DNA of 64,000 nucleotides, from positions 1 to 64,000 of the forward strand of contig CAVVHK010000109.1 in assembly GCA_963747865.1 (NCBI GenBank). Reading direction: 5' to 3'. The translations under genes and the position numbers were made by a program. Below, piece by piece: positions 1 to 10,982 of this stretch. Each line of letters begins with the position of its first letter. The stretch's first letter is position 1. Under the pieces are notes generated by a model. The model had not been told where the DNA came from. It ran no database searches and was given only the letters and a program-made list of their open reading frames with translations. This DNA is from an uncultured delta proteobacterium (GTDB lineage Bacteria > Desulfobacterota > Desulfomonilia > Desulfomonilales > Desulfomonilaceae).

Positions 1-1
1 G

Positions 2-3000
2 AAGGCTCGCAGAGCGAAAACACGATACTTCTTCACTTGGAATGTGAACGAATTTGTTCTCTGGGAGACCGGAGACGAAACGTCATCTCTTCGCGAGCAG
101 AATTATAAGTCCTGGCCTGTGGTCCGCGTACATCGCGACCGCCAACTTGATCTTCCTATGACCAGTGAGGCCGTCAAGAAATGGCTCAACGTTTTTCTGT
201 GGACTTTGCCAAACTGCTACGCGGCGCCGTGGAGATTGGCCTGAAGTCTCCAGACGAGAAATTCATCAATGCGCTTGAGTCGTCACTCAATATGCCAATA
301 CTCTTGAATCTTGAGGAGCTATCCTCCCGTTATCGGCACGCTCGCTTCAAGTCCGAACTCGACAATTGGATGAGGGGCGACCAGGGCTGGACAATCTTCG
401 ACGACCCCGAGGGCATCCAACAGAACCTTATCCGAGCTTCCAAATTCGCCTGCTATGCTCTAGTTAACAAACTGGTCTTCCATGAAGCCCTCTTGAAAAG
501 GTACGGCACCCGTCTAGGCAAGCTCTCGGTCCCGGATCACCTCGATTCGGGCGAGGGGCTGAGGAACCACTTGGAGGGCTACTTCGCGGAAGCGAAGAAC
601 GTCACGGGTGATTATGAGACAGTCTTCGGAGAAGTTCACACCAACCTTGGCAACCGTATTCCATTTTATTCGGACGACGCCGTTTCTCATTGGCGTGAAC
701 TCGTCAGCCAGATCCACGAGTTCGACTTCTCACGAATGGACTACAAGGTGATCGGCAGCATATTCGAGCGACTTATCAGCCCCGAAGAACGACAGAGTTT
801 TGGTCAGTTTTACACCCGCGTCGAGGTTGTGGACCTAATAAATAGCTTTTGCATCCAACGAGGCGACGAATTGGTGATGGACCCCGCGTGCGGAGGAGGC
901 ACCTTTCTCGTCGAGCGTACGCTCGTAAACGGGAGCTGCGCCCGGGCAAACACGGGGAGCTATTGTGTGATCTCTTCGGCGTAGATGTCTCCCACTTTGC
1001 GACGCATTTGACCACGATCAACCTTGCTACCCGCGATCTCATTGACGACAAGAACTATCCACAGATTATCCGAAGTGATTTCTTTAACGTGGATGCACAT
1101 AAGTCCTTTATTTGTCTTCCCCGGCGGGCGAAGGCTACTGGACTTGGCTCGGGTCAACACCGAAATGTCGAATTCCCTCCACTGGATGCGGTCGTCGGTA
1201 ATCCGCCATACGTACGTCAGGAAGATATTCGGAAGGCCAAGAAGTCGAGAAGCCGGGCTGAGTTGGAGCGTGGGACCAAAGAGTATTACCGATCCCTAGT
1301 CGCCACGGAAGCAAAGGCCCGCCTTTCGGGGCGAAGCGATATTCACTGTTACTTTTGGCCTCACGCAACGACCTTTCTAAAGGAGGGTGGTTATCTCTGT
1401 TTTCTCACGTCTAGTCAATGGTTGGATGTCGAGTATGGTTTTCGCCTCCAGGGCTGGATCCTCAGTAATTTTCGGATACTGGCTATTTTGGAAAGCATAG
1501 GAGAACCGTGGTTCATAGGCGCCCGTGTCGGCACCGCGATTACCATTCTGCAACGAGAGTTGGACGGCGGAGCGAGGATGGAAAATTGCGTTTGTTTTGT
1601 TCAGCTTCGTCAGCCAATTCGTGACATACTCTCGCACGACGGGACCGCTGCTGGAGCGGTCCGGGCGGCCGACTACTTTCGAGATGAGATACTCTCGCTA
1701 TCTGCGGACACTGTTAACGCTCGCTACAGAGCCCGTGTCGTTCGACAAGGTGACTTATGGGACAGCGGCGTGCGGTTGCGTGAAATCATGGTCCAACCTG
1801 ATGTTGAAGAGGGTGAGAATGAGGGTACGGGCGGGGGAGACGAACGGACGGGTTTGTGGCAGTGCGTACTACGGTGGCAAATGGGGCGTGTACCTTTCGG
1901 GCCCCTGACTTTGGTTTGAGATTCTGGACATGTACGGACGTAGCCTAGTTCCGCTTGGAGAAATTGCGGACGTTCGGTTTGGCGTCAAGAGCGGAAAGGA
2001 TGCTTTCTTCCTTCCAAGAGACTGCACGTCCGAGTGTCTCGAAAGATGCAAATACGACTCCGAATTCACGATGGAATACCGTCTTCCGAGGCGGACGGTG
2101 GTGGACGGTCACATTAGACTGGTACGATGCGGCGAGAAGTTGGAAGAGATTAGGCCAATTGAGGCTGAATACCTTGAATCAGAAATCCACAGCTTGATGG
2201 AGGTAGATGAGTTCGTTGTTCACCCGGCAACTTGTTCGCGGTCAATTCTTCTTGCCGGGCGAGATCGAGAAAGCATCTCGGACAAACACGTGCTCAGGTA
2301 TATTGAGTGGGGAGAGTCGCAAGGATACCATAAGAATCCAACCTGTGCTTCCCGTGCCACAGAGGGCCACGAATGGTACGATCTCACGCAACATAGCCGA
2401 CCTGACATTGTTCTGCCGAAGATTCAGCAATACCGGCTTCTCTCGTTCTTGAATCCGGCCCATCTCTACCAGAACTCGTCCCTGCTGGGGATCTACGATG
2501 TGCCGCAAGCGTTAGTGGAGCCGTTATGCGCTATTCTGAACAGCACTCTTGCCATTGTTTCAAGGCTTGTGTACGCAAGGATGCTTGGTAATGAAGGCAA
2601 CATCCAGTTGGATGTTTACTCGGCTAAGATGATGCTGGTTCCAAACGTGGCCGCCGGGAAAAAGACAGTGATAGACGCGCTTACCGAGGCGTTCAGGAAA
2701 ATGTGTGCAAGGAAGGCGCTTGGGTTTCTTTCAGAACGCCGTCTTCGAGCAATGACTCTGGAGCAAAAAGGAAAATCGCGCGAAATAGACGCGATTTCTG
2801 ATGTATCCGAGTTGGATATGAGTGACCGATTCGATCTTGACGATGCGGCATTCCGGTTGCTTGGCGTAACGTCAAGAAAGCAACGACACGAACTCATTGG
2901 TCGCATGTATGCGTACCTGCGGGAATACTTTGAATGGACACGTCAGAAGGAGGAGAAGGCGATAATAAACAAGAATAGGGCACGAAGGCACGGGGTGGTC

Positions 3001-3483
3001 CGTCCAGAGGAAATCGCATTACAGGTCTATCAGGAGATTTGCGACAATGTACCCCATCTTTTGCGTCGATATGATTCCGGCTTTTTGGACAAATCGAAGC
3101 CATTCGACACATACGATTTGCCATTAGCCGGCAGGCCGGAACTCCATAGGGACATGTACAGCCGCCGTGGTGTGAACTTCAAGAAAGGGAAGAAGGTCAT
3201 ACGTGCGATTGATACACGGATTCCAGAACAAGACGAAGTCATTTCGGCGGTTGCGGCATCAGGAGTGCGCGGGCTGGTGCGTGTCCCGTGTGAAATAGAG
3301 GAGTGTAATCGCATTTTTACGGAATTCAGCGCTTTCGTTAAGGACCGAGATCGGATTATCTTAGAACTGGTCGAGCAACGTACGGCAGATGAGGATACTC
3401 AAGTGAAGATCCGAGAAGCACTTCTGCCACTCTTGCATAGACACGTGGAATCGGGCGGCAGCCACCGAAGCCATGAGGAATGA
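2..3483 (+). pseudogene. N6-adenine DNA methyltransferase / type IIG restriction-modification (or BREX PglX-like) enzyme. It is split over four frames (2..244, 181..984, 849..1919, 1930..3483), and the 5' end lies outside the window.
   Basis: The 181..984 ORF carries motif X 'GQFYTRVEVVDLI' and SAM motif I 'MDPACGGGTFLVE'. The 849..1919 ORF carries motif IV 'VGNPPYVRQEDI' (NPPY, gamma-class amino-MTase). The 1930..3483 ORF is a long C-terminal (TRD-like) extension. The frame-2 reading is open from position 2. There are three frame switches in 3.5 kb. Confidence 0.6.
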
Positions 3484-3534
3484 TAATAGCGCCCCCACAC
3501 TCCACCCCCCTCCCGCAGGGAGAGGGAGACCGCG

Positions 3535-5337
3535 CTACCCTTCGGCCAACGACTCCAGGTGCTCCCACCGGGCGTAGACGTCGCGGAGTTGTTGTTCCAG
3601 CTCTTCCAAGCGGGCCTTGGCCTCGACGATCGCCAGACGGTCTTGCTGGTAGAAGGCCGGATCGGCCATCGTCTGGTGCAGCGAGGCGAGGTTTTTTTCC
3701 AGGGTCGCGATTCTCGCCGGCAAGGCGTCCAACTCGGCCCGCTCGGCATACTTCAACCGTCGTTGGGCCGGCGGCTTCTTGGCCGGTCGTGAAGCTTCCG
3801 TTTCCCGTTTCCCAGTGGAAGCCTCCGCAGGACCGGCGGCCGCTTGCCGCGTACGCCGCTGGAGCAGCCAGTCGTCGTAGCCGCCGGCATACTCGTGGAC
3901 TTCGCCGGCCCCTTCCAGGACCAGCGTGCTGGTGACCACGTGGTTGAGAAACTCACGGTCGTGGCTCACCAGCAACAGCGTGCCGGAGTATTCCAGCAGC
4001 AGGTCTTCCAAGAGCTCGAGGGTTTCGATGTCCAGGTCGTTGGTCGGCTCGTCCAGCACCAACAGGTTCGACGGCTTGGTGAACAGCCGCGCCAGGAGCA
4101 CGCGGTTCCGCTCGCCGCCGGAGAGCCGGGCCACCGGACTGCGGGCCTGCTCGGGCGTGAAGAGGAAGTCCTCCAGGTAGCCGATGATGTGACGCCGCTG
4201 GCCGTTGATCACCACCGCGTCGCTGCCGCCGGCGACGTTTTCCTGGATGGTCTTCTCGCCGTCCAACTGCGCGTGGAGCTGGTCGAAATAGGCCGGCTCG
4301 AGGTTCGTCCCGCGGCGGACGGTGCCCGCGGTGGGCTCCAGCTCGCCCAGCAGCATCCGCAGCAGCGTGGTCTTGCCCGAGCCGTTGGGACCGATGATCC
4401 CCACGCGGTCGCCCCGCATCACCAGCGTGGAGAAGCCGTTGAGGATCGTGCGCTGGCCGAAGCGATGGGCGACGCCCTTGGCTTCGATCACCAGCCGGCC
4501 CGATCGCTCGGCCTCGTGGAGCTCGCACCTCGATCGTGCCCGGCCGGTCGCGGCGTTGGCTGCGGATCTCCCGCATGGCCAATAGTGAGCGGACGCGGCC
4601 ATGGTTTCGCGTCCGCCGGGCCTCGATCTTGCGGCGGATCCAGACCTCTTCCTGGGCCAGCCGCTTGTCGAACAACGCCCGCTGGGCGGCCTCGGTCTCC
4701 AGGGCCGCTTGCTTGCGGACGAGGAACGTGTCGTAATCGCAGGACCAGCTCGTCAGCATGCCGCGGTCGAGTTCGATGATCCGCGTGGCCAGCTTGCGCA
4801 GCAGCACGCGGTCGTGGGTCACCATCGCCAGCGTGCCTTGAAAGCGGAGGAGAAAATCTTCCAGCCAGGTGATGGCTTCCAGATCGAGGTGGTTGGTCGG
4901 CTCGTCCAGCAGGAGCACGTCCGGTTCGGCGGCCAGGGCCCGGGCCAACAGCACGCGGCGCTTCATCCCGGCGGAGAGCACGGCCAGTTGGGCCTCGGGG
5001 TCCAGGTTCATGCGGCTGAGCACCTTCTCCACCCGGTAGTCGCCCGACAGACGGTGCTCCGGCCGGCGGCCGGCGGAGACGCAGTTGAAGACCGTGCCCG
5101 ACAGGTCGCCGGGGACCTCCTGGACCAGCATTGCGGTGACCAACTCCTGCTGGCGGACCACCTGGCCCTCGTCGGGTTCCAGCTCACCCTGGATGAGTCG
5201 CAGCAGGGTTGACTTGCCCTCGCCGTTGCGGCCCAGGATGCACAACCGCTCGCCGGGGTCGATCTGGAGCTGGACCCCGTCCAATACGCGGGGACCGCGG
5301 AAGCGGAGGCTGACGTCCCGCAAGCTGATCAAGGGCA
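3535..5337 (-). CDS. uup: ABC-F family ATPase (Uup-like, two ABC domains plus a C-terminal coiled-coil domain). It has one frameshift at about 4500-4600.
   Basis: N-terminal half (ORF 3953..5497, real start 'MPLISLRDVSL' at ~5337): Walker A 'GRNGEGKST', signature 'LSAGMKRRVLLARAL', Walker B 'LLLDEPTNHLD'. C-terminal half (ORF 3535..4602): 'GPNGSGKTT', 'LSGGERNRVLLARL', 'LVLDEPTNDLD', then a coiled-coil tail. Confidence 0.8.
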
Positions 5338-5515
5338 TAGCCACGATTGTCGCACATGATCGGCCCCAGGTTGAAGGCCACCGACGGGGGGCTCCATCTT
5401 CACCGCCTACCGGCCCCGAACCCACGCTTGCCGATTTTAGCAAAGCCACTAGGCTATGCTTCCATGCGTTTCGTCTCAAGTGCCGCGATTCACTCACCCT
5501 ACAAGCGAGGGGCGA

Positions 5516-6105
5516 AATGGGGCTGTTCTTGTCGATGTCGGGGGTAATAGGGGCCAGGGAGGCTGATGTTGAAGCGGCCTTGAAGGAGTATTCCGCCGCT
5601 CATCTTGGCCGGTTCGAGCCGACAACGAAAAAGTCTCCTTCCTGGAGGTTCTCATACTCTCCGAATCAGACGGGAATACGACCGCTGTGTATCCGGGCGA
5701 GTTCTTTGAGTGGGATGATGCCGCCGCCCACTTGTCCCACTCACTCAACGTCCCCGTCTTCTCGTTCCATATTCATGACCACGATCTGTGGATGTACATC
5801 CTCTTTGTGGCGGGGGAGGCGGTGGATCAGTTTAACCCGATCCCCGACTATTGGGACGACAACCTTTTCGAACGAGGATCGGCAGCACTGGATGGGCAGC
5901 CCTGCCGTGATCGCCCGATGGTCTGCAACATAATCCTTCAGAATTCATGATCTCGTGTGGAATGCCGGAAGCGCAAATGGTCAGCATGCGCGAGTTGACC
6001 GGCGTAGCCATTGAGATGAAATCGGTTCGCCAAGCCGTCAGGAAATCGTTTGCCGAGATCTTCAGCGTCGAGCTGATCCCGTCCTCTCTGGAAGAGGTCA
6101 TCTAG
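5516..6105 (+). pseudogene. Hypothetical protein, apparently read through two frame switches (ORF 5085..5933 tail, ORF 5687..5950, then a 53-aa frame 5947..6105).
   Basis: Three consecutive open frames join end to end with a good coding look ('IPDYWDDNLFERGSAALDGQPC', 'MRELTGVAIEMKSVRQAVRKSFAEIF'). No recognisable family. Confidence 0.2.
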
Positions 6106-7272
6106 TGGCTATCCCCTTTAGTTACGGCTTGCGCAATCTGTGGACCAGAAAGGTCACGTCCGCGCTTACAGCAGGAGGCATGGCCTTAGTGACATTTGTC
6201 TTTGCGGCCGTTTTGATGTTGGCGGAAGGCCTGGAGCAGACACTCAGAGACACGGGCTCGCCCGACAACGCGATAGGTCCTGCGGGGGGGCGCGGAAACC
6301 GAAGTATCCAGTGTGATCGACCGTGGGGACGCCGGCATAATCGAAGTCCAGCCGGAAGTCTTCCAGGATGAAAAGGGCGACCCGGTGGCGGCAAGGGAAT
6401 CCCTGGTGTTGGTAACTTTGCCCAAAATCTCCGGAGGGAAGCCCACTAATGTCATAGTGCGGGGGGTGGAAAAACACTCACCCAAATTGCGTCCTCAAGT
6501 TAGACTCGTGGAGGGCCGGTATTTCAGACCCGGTTCGAGGGAGGTCATCGCCGGAACCAGTATGGCCAAGCGAATCGCCGGCGCCGGCCTGGGCGGGACT
6601 TTACGGTTCGCCATGGCTGATTGGACCGTCGTAGGGGTTTTTGACGCTGGGAAGACAGCTTTCGATTCCGAATTGTGGGCCGACAGCGACCAGCTAATGT
6701 CGGCTTTCCGCAGAAACGCATATTCGGTGGTTGTCTTGAAGGTCCCGGGAAAAGAATCGTTTAGGGACATCAAAAAACATCTGGAAAAAGACCCCCGCCT
6801 TACGGTTCAGGTAAAGCGAGAGATTACGTTCTACCGGGAACAATCCGAGGTAATGTCAAAATTCATTCGCATCCTCGGAATCGCAATGACCTCCTTTTTC
6901 AGTGTCGGGGCCATTCTAGGCGCCATGGTAACCATGTATTCGGCGGTGGCCAACAGGACTCGTGAAATAGGGACCATGAGAGCGCTGGGCTTCCAGAGAT
7001 GGAACATACTCATATCTTTTTTGGCCGAATCGCTTATTCTGGGTCTTGTGGGAGGGCTGATCGGAGTAGCCGGCAGCTCGACGCTCCAGTTGATTACGAT
7101 TTCAACGCTTAATTGGGAGACGTTTTCGGAACTCGCATTCGGATTTTTGCTTACACCCCGAATAGCGGCTTACGCCATGGCTTTCGCTCTAATAATGGGA
7201 TTCCTCGGCGGAGCCCTGCCCGCTTGGCAGGCCTCGAAGCTGAAGATTGTGGACGCCTTGCGCGAGACTTGA
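6105..7272 (+). CDS. ABC transporter permease, FtsX/MacB-LolE family. It has one frameshift near 6290-6320.
   Basis: N-terminal TM helix 'VTSALTAGGMALVTFVFAAVLML'. There is a periplasmic MacB-like core. C-terminal FtsX 4-TM domain 'IRILGIAMTSFFSVGAILGAMVTMYSAVANRTREIGTMRALGFQRWNI...LAESLILGLVGGLIG'. Confidence 0.75.
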
Positions 7273-7309
7273 GAGATGGGGGCAGAGGAAGCGCAGAAGT
7301 GGGCGCTCA

Positions 7310-7347
7310 CCGGAAGGAACCTTTTTGCACAAAAAGCTTCCCCTCGG
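7310..7347. repeat. REP-like palindrome, family A copy: ccggaaggaacctttttgcacaaaaagcttcccctcgg
   Basis: Perfect-stem inverted repeat lying 38 bp after the permease stop. The same element recurs at least 10 more times in the window. Confidence 0.8.
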
Positions 7348-7501
7348 ACCCTTCTTGAAAAAACTCTAACTATGGCGCCAACGTGGCAATGCGCCATCCC
7401 GAGGGCCTATGAGCACAACGTTAGCGCGGGCGTTGGGGCTCTGCTCCAGGCTCGGTTGCGGCAAACGGTTGCAGAATTTTAGCCGGCCGGTCAAAACGCG
7501 A

Positions 7502-8093
7502 TCAGACTTCCTTCCGATTGTCCAGCGCTCTGGACAAAGTTAGCGGATCAGCGAATTCCAAGGTTCCTCCGACTGGGATTCCGTAAGCTATTCTGGTTAC
7601 CACCGTACCCGAGCCACGTAACTTTTCCCCGATGTACGCGACGGTCGCTTCTCCCTCTACGGTGGGATTAAGGGCTAGAATCGTTTCTTTTATTGATTGA
7701 TCGTGGACTCTCTTGGTCAATTCACGGATTCGTATGTCCGCTGGGCCTATTGCGTCCAGAGGGGAAAGGGTTCCGTGCAGCACATGGTACACTCCCCGGA
7801 AATGACCGGCTTTTTCTATTGCCATTAGATCCAGGGGGGTTTCCACTACGCAGAGCCGACTTCCCTCCCGTTTCGGGTCCGAGCAAATGGAGCAGGGGTC
7901 CACATCGGTCAAGTTGAAGCAGTTTGAGCAGAGGCGGAGGTTTCTTCTTCACTTCCCGGATGGCTGCGACAAGTGTTTGAATTTCTACGGCATCAGCGTT
8001 CAAGAAATAGAACGCGTACCGGGTAGCCGTTTTTTCGCCGACCCCGGGCAATTTCTTGAGGGCTTTTATTAATGCTTCCAGCGCTATGATCAG
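7502..8093 (-). CDS. recR: Recombination protein RecR. It has one frameshift near 7933-7944.
   Basis: N-terminal HhH 'LIKALKKLPGVGEKTATRYAFYFL...LVAAIREVKKK'. In the other frame come the C4 zinc finger 'RLCSNCFNLTDVDPCSICSD' and a Toprim domain 'RLCVVETPLDLMAIEKAGHFRGVYHVLHGTLSPLD'. The two halves join if one C is removed from 'aaacctccgcctctgc'. Confidence 0.85.
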
Positions 8094-8450
8094 GCTGCGC
8101 CTCCGAATCGTTTGATGAATTCATTCTGTCACAAAATGTTCTGTATTGTAAGAAGTGAGACATTCGGTGGCAGTAAGAGTTGACCTGGAGAAAACTTGTT
8201 GCCTAAAACGCGTTTCCAGGTGAACCGTTACTCGCGACCTTGCCGTTGAAATTATTTGCGATAATGCTATAAAGCTCATTTACCAGGCGTTCGCAAATGG
8301 TATATATCATGCGTTCATTCCCTCAACACTAAGGTCTTCCGGCAGCCGGAACAAACAGGCTGAACTCCCGCGTGGATCGGGATGAAGCTGCTGTCTTAAC
8401 GAGTCTATGGAGTTAACGGTGTTGATTAGCAAAATAAATAGGAGGCAGAC

Positions 8451-9092
8451 ATGGATGAGTTCGTGACGGCTCACAACAAAATCAAGATTGACGCCACGGT
8501 AGCGGCCTTTAAGAAACATGATTTTGACGCTCGTCCCTTCCAAAGCAAAGAAGATGTGGCTCAGTTCATTATGGCAGCCGCAGCGGACTGCAAAACAGTG
8601 GGGATTGCCGGAACTCATACAGTGCGGGCTTTGGGAGTCCTCCCGATGCTGGAACAGGCAGGGAAGACGCTTTATGACCACTGGAAATTTCAGCCGGGCA
8701 CGCCTGAAGAGTTGGATTGCCGCAAGAAACAGATGACATGCGATCTATTCCTGTCTTCCGCAAACGCTGTCACGATGACCGGAGAAATCGTTAATCGGGA
8801 CGGATGCGGCAATCGAATCAACGCGATGACTTTTGGCCCGGGAAAGGTTATCATTGTTGTAGGCAGGAATAAAATAACCACCGACTTGGACGCGGCTTTT
8901 GAACGCATCGAATTCACAGCGGCTCCCATAAGAGCAATAAGCCTTAATCGGAAGACTCCGTGCGCTTCCGCGGGGTTATGCATGGACTGCGATTCACCTC
9001 AAAGGATCTGCCGGATAACCAGTGTGATACATAGAAAACCAATGATGACCAATATAACAGTCGCCATTATCGACGAGGAGCTTGGATACTAG
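8451..9092 (+). CDS. LUD-domain (LutC/YkgG-like, DUF162) protein
   Basis: 213-aa ORF with a good RBS-like context. The motif 'CGNRINAMTFGPGKVIIVVG' is typical of the lactate-utilisation LUD fold. It overlaps the next gene by 11 nt. Confidence 0.55.
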   Translation: MDEFVTAHNKIKIDATVAAFKKHDFDARPFQSKEDVAQFIMAAAADCKTVGIAGTHTVRALGVLPMLEQAGKTLYDHWKFQPGTPEELDCRKKQMTCDLFLSSANAVTMTGEIVNRDGCGNRINAMTFGPGKVIIVVGRNKITTDLDAAFERIEFTAAPIRAISLNRKTPCASAGLCMDCDSPQRICRITSVIHRKPMMTNITVAIIDEELGY

Positions 9093-10104
9093 GATGGAAT
9101 TGAGGATAGCGGCTCCGAATAGAATAGACCTCGGTGGGGGCACAACGGATCTGTACCCGCTGTATCTTTTTATGGACGGCGGCTGCACGGTAAACGCGGC
9201 CATCAGCGTGCGGAGCATGGTCACCTTTAGGACTCGCTCCACTGCGGGCATACGCATAGTCTCAGAAGATTTGGAGAAATCCGTTGAAGCCGCGGCGCCG
9301 GAAGATCTGCCCTTAGACGGGCCGCTGGGACTGATTGCAAGGGCAGTCAGGATGTTTCCTCCCAAGAACGGCTTGGAGATTATCACATGCAATCAAGCTC
9401 CGGCCGGCTCCGGTCTTGGCGCGTCGAGCGCTCTCCTGGTGGCCTTAATTCAGGGATTGCAGTATTTGAGATCAGAGCTTGAGGAACCGGAGAGTGTCGT
9501 CAAACTCGCAGTTAACATAGAAGCCGCGTCCATCGGGGTGCCGGCTGGAAGCCAGGACCATATAGCATCCGTGTACGGCGGCGTTTCGGTGCTGGAGTTC
9601 GGACACCGGGAATTCTCCCGCACTTCGTTGCCCAACGACTCGGGTTCCACGGACAAACTGGAGCAGTCACTTGTTTTATCCTTTACCGGTGAGAACCGGT
9701 TCTCAGGTATGAACAACTGGGAAATAACAAAGGGATTCATTGACGACAAGAACGGTATCAGACAAAAACTCACCAAAATAAGAGACATAGCTCGCTCAAT
9801 GGCGGAAGGCCTGCTTGCGGGAGACTGGGACGCAGTGGGATCTCTGATTGACGAAGAATGGCAGGTCAGACGAACCCTCGCCGACCTGGTTAGCACTCCA
9901 AGAGTTGAAGCGATTATGTTGGCGGCTGCGGAAGCCGGCGCTCTGGCCAACAAGATTTGCGGCGCAGGCGGAGGCGGTTGCATGATCACGTTTGTGGAGC
10001 CGGAGAAAAGATCGGAAGTCGAGAAGGCTATAGTCAACGCAGGAGGCACACTGATGCCGTTTACTATAGACCGACAGGGCGTGCGGATTGAATGCGAAAT
10101 GTAG
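9082..10104 (+). CDS. GHMP-family sugar kinase (heptose-7-phosphate / fucose-type kinase-like)
   Basis: 'RIDLGGGTTDL' N-terminal motif. GHMP ATP-binding motif 'PAGSGLGASSALLVALIQGL'. 340 aa. Confidence 0.75.
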   Translation: MDTRMELRIAAPNRIDLGGGTTDLYPLYLFMDGGCTVNAAISVRSMVTFRTRSTAGIRIVSEDLEKSVEAAAPEDLPLDGPLGLIARAVRMFPPKNGLEIITCNQAPAGSGLGASSALLVALIQGLQYLRSELEEPESVVKLAVNIEAASIGVPAGSQDHIASVYGGVSVLEFGHREFSRTSLPNDSGSTDKLEQSLVLSFTGENRFSGMNNWEITKGFIDDKNGIRQKLTKIRDIARSMAEGLLAGDWDAVGSLIDEEWQVRRTLADLVSTPRVEAIMLAAAEAGALANKICGAGGGGCMITFVEPEKRSEVEKAIVNAGGTLMPFTIDRQGVRIECEM

Positions 10105-10124
10105 GCTCTTGCCGTGAAAGAAGC

Positions 10125-10164
10125 CTCCGGAGGGAAACTTCTTGAAAGAAGTTTCCCTCCGGAC
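10125..10164. repeat. REP-like palindrome family A: ctccggagggaaacttcttgaaagaagtttccctccggac
   Basis: Perfect palindrome lying 21 bp after the GHMP kinase stop. Confidence 0.8.
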
Positions 10165-10227
10165 CTCATAGGCGCTAACTTTTGACCTTGTCGGACGTGA
10201 TTTCAAATAGTTAACACAGGCGGAATC

Positions 10228-10299
10228 ACGTCGCCCCCGCGAAAGCGGGGGTCCAGAAGGTAATGAAAACACTGGATTCCCGCTTGCGCGGGAATGACG
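10228..10299. repeat. Double-hairpin repeat family C, left copy (gtcgcccccgcgaaagcgggggtccagaa...ctggattcccgcttgcgcgggaatgacg)
   Basis: Two GC-rich hairpins: cccccgcg-aaa-gcggggg and attcccgc-ttgc-gcgggaat. The reverse complement recurs at 11530..11600. Confidence 0.75.
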
Positions 10300-10593
10300 G
10301 CCTGGGTCATAACGAATCCCCAAGTTAGCGCTTATGCTCCCGGACCCTCCTTCAAGAACTTCCAAAATCGCGACGAGACTGGTCGAAATTCCGGAACATG
10401 AGGGCGCAACGATCTAATAAAGACATTTGCATCATTCGTTGTAACCGCCCGCGGTCATAGGTGTGCCTGTTAAACGTCGCCGAATCGGCGCGCTTCACTG
10501 AATCAGCGCAAACAACGCAAAGGAATTGTTGCTAACATGCGGGATGCGTGATAGAAAAAATGTAATTCAGGAATTGACGGGAGGAGTCTAGGA

Positions 10594-10824
10594 ATGTTCA
10601 AAAGGATTTTAGCCGTTTTTTTGGTTGCATGTTTTTGGATGATTACCGTCCCCGCTATTTCGGCCGAGCAATGGGTAGTCATAAAGGACTCCAAAGGCAG
10701 ATGCAGCGTTCGCACCACCACTAAGGGGAAAACCGCAAAAACCATAGCCGGTCCTTTCGCAACCAAACCCGAGGCCGAGAAGGCGAAAGCGGAAAAATGC
10801 GGAAAACCGGAGCAGAAAAAGTAA
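10594..10824 (+). CDS. Small secreted Lys-rich protein (signal peptide)
   Basis: RBS 'gggagg' 8 nt upstream. The N-terminus 'MFKRILAVFLVACFWMITVPAISA' is a Sec signal. A palindromic terminator-like element follows at 10854-10898. Confidence 0.45.
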   Translation: MFKRILAVFLVACFWMITVPAISAEQWVVIKDSKGRCSVRTTTKGKTAKTIAGPFATKPEAEKAKAEKCGKPEQKK

Positions 10825-10853
10825 CGAAACCAGCACTACTTTATTCGTAATCG

Positions 10854-10898
10854 TTCACCGGGAAATTCCTTTTTGCGCAAAAATTTCCTCCCGGTGAA
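10854..10898 (+). terminator. Palindrome family A variant acting as a likely terminator: ttcaccgggaaattcctttttgcgcaaaaatttcctcccggtgaa
   Basis: Lies 30 bp downstream of the stop at 10824. Long perfect stem. Confidence 0.5.
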
Positions 10899-10982
10899 CG
10901 CTTCCCTTTATTCAGACCTTTTGCGGCACAGGGCAAACTTGGGCTCGCGTTGCTCCGGCCAACACCCATCAGCCGCGCCGTC

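Noticed and set aside
3559-5212. Long plus-strand ORFs (3559..3792, 3844..4779, 4601..5212, 3480..3935) opposite the uup gene
   Set aside because: Low-complexity Arg/Pro/Gly/Ala-rich translations typical of shadow ORFs in roughly 70% GC DNA. The minus strand encodes clear ABC-F motifs.
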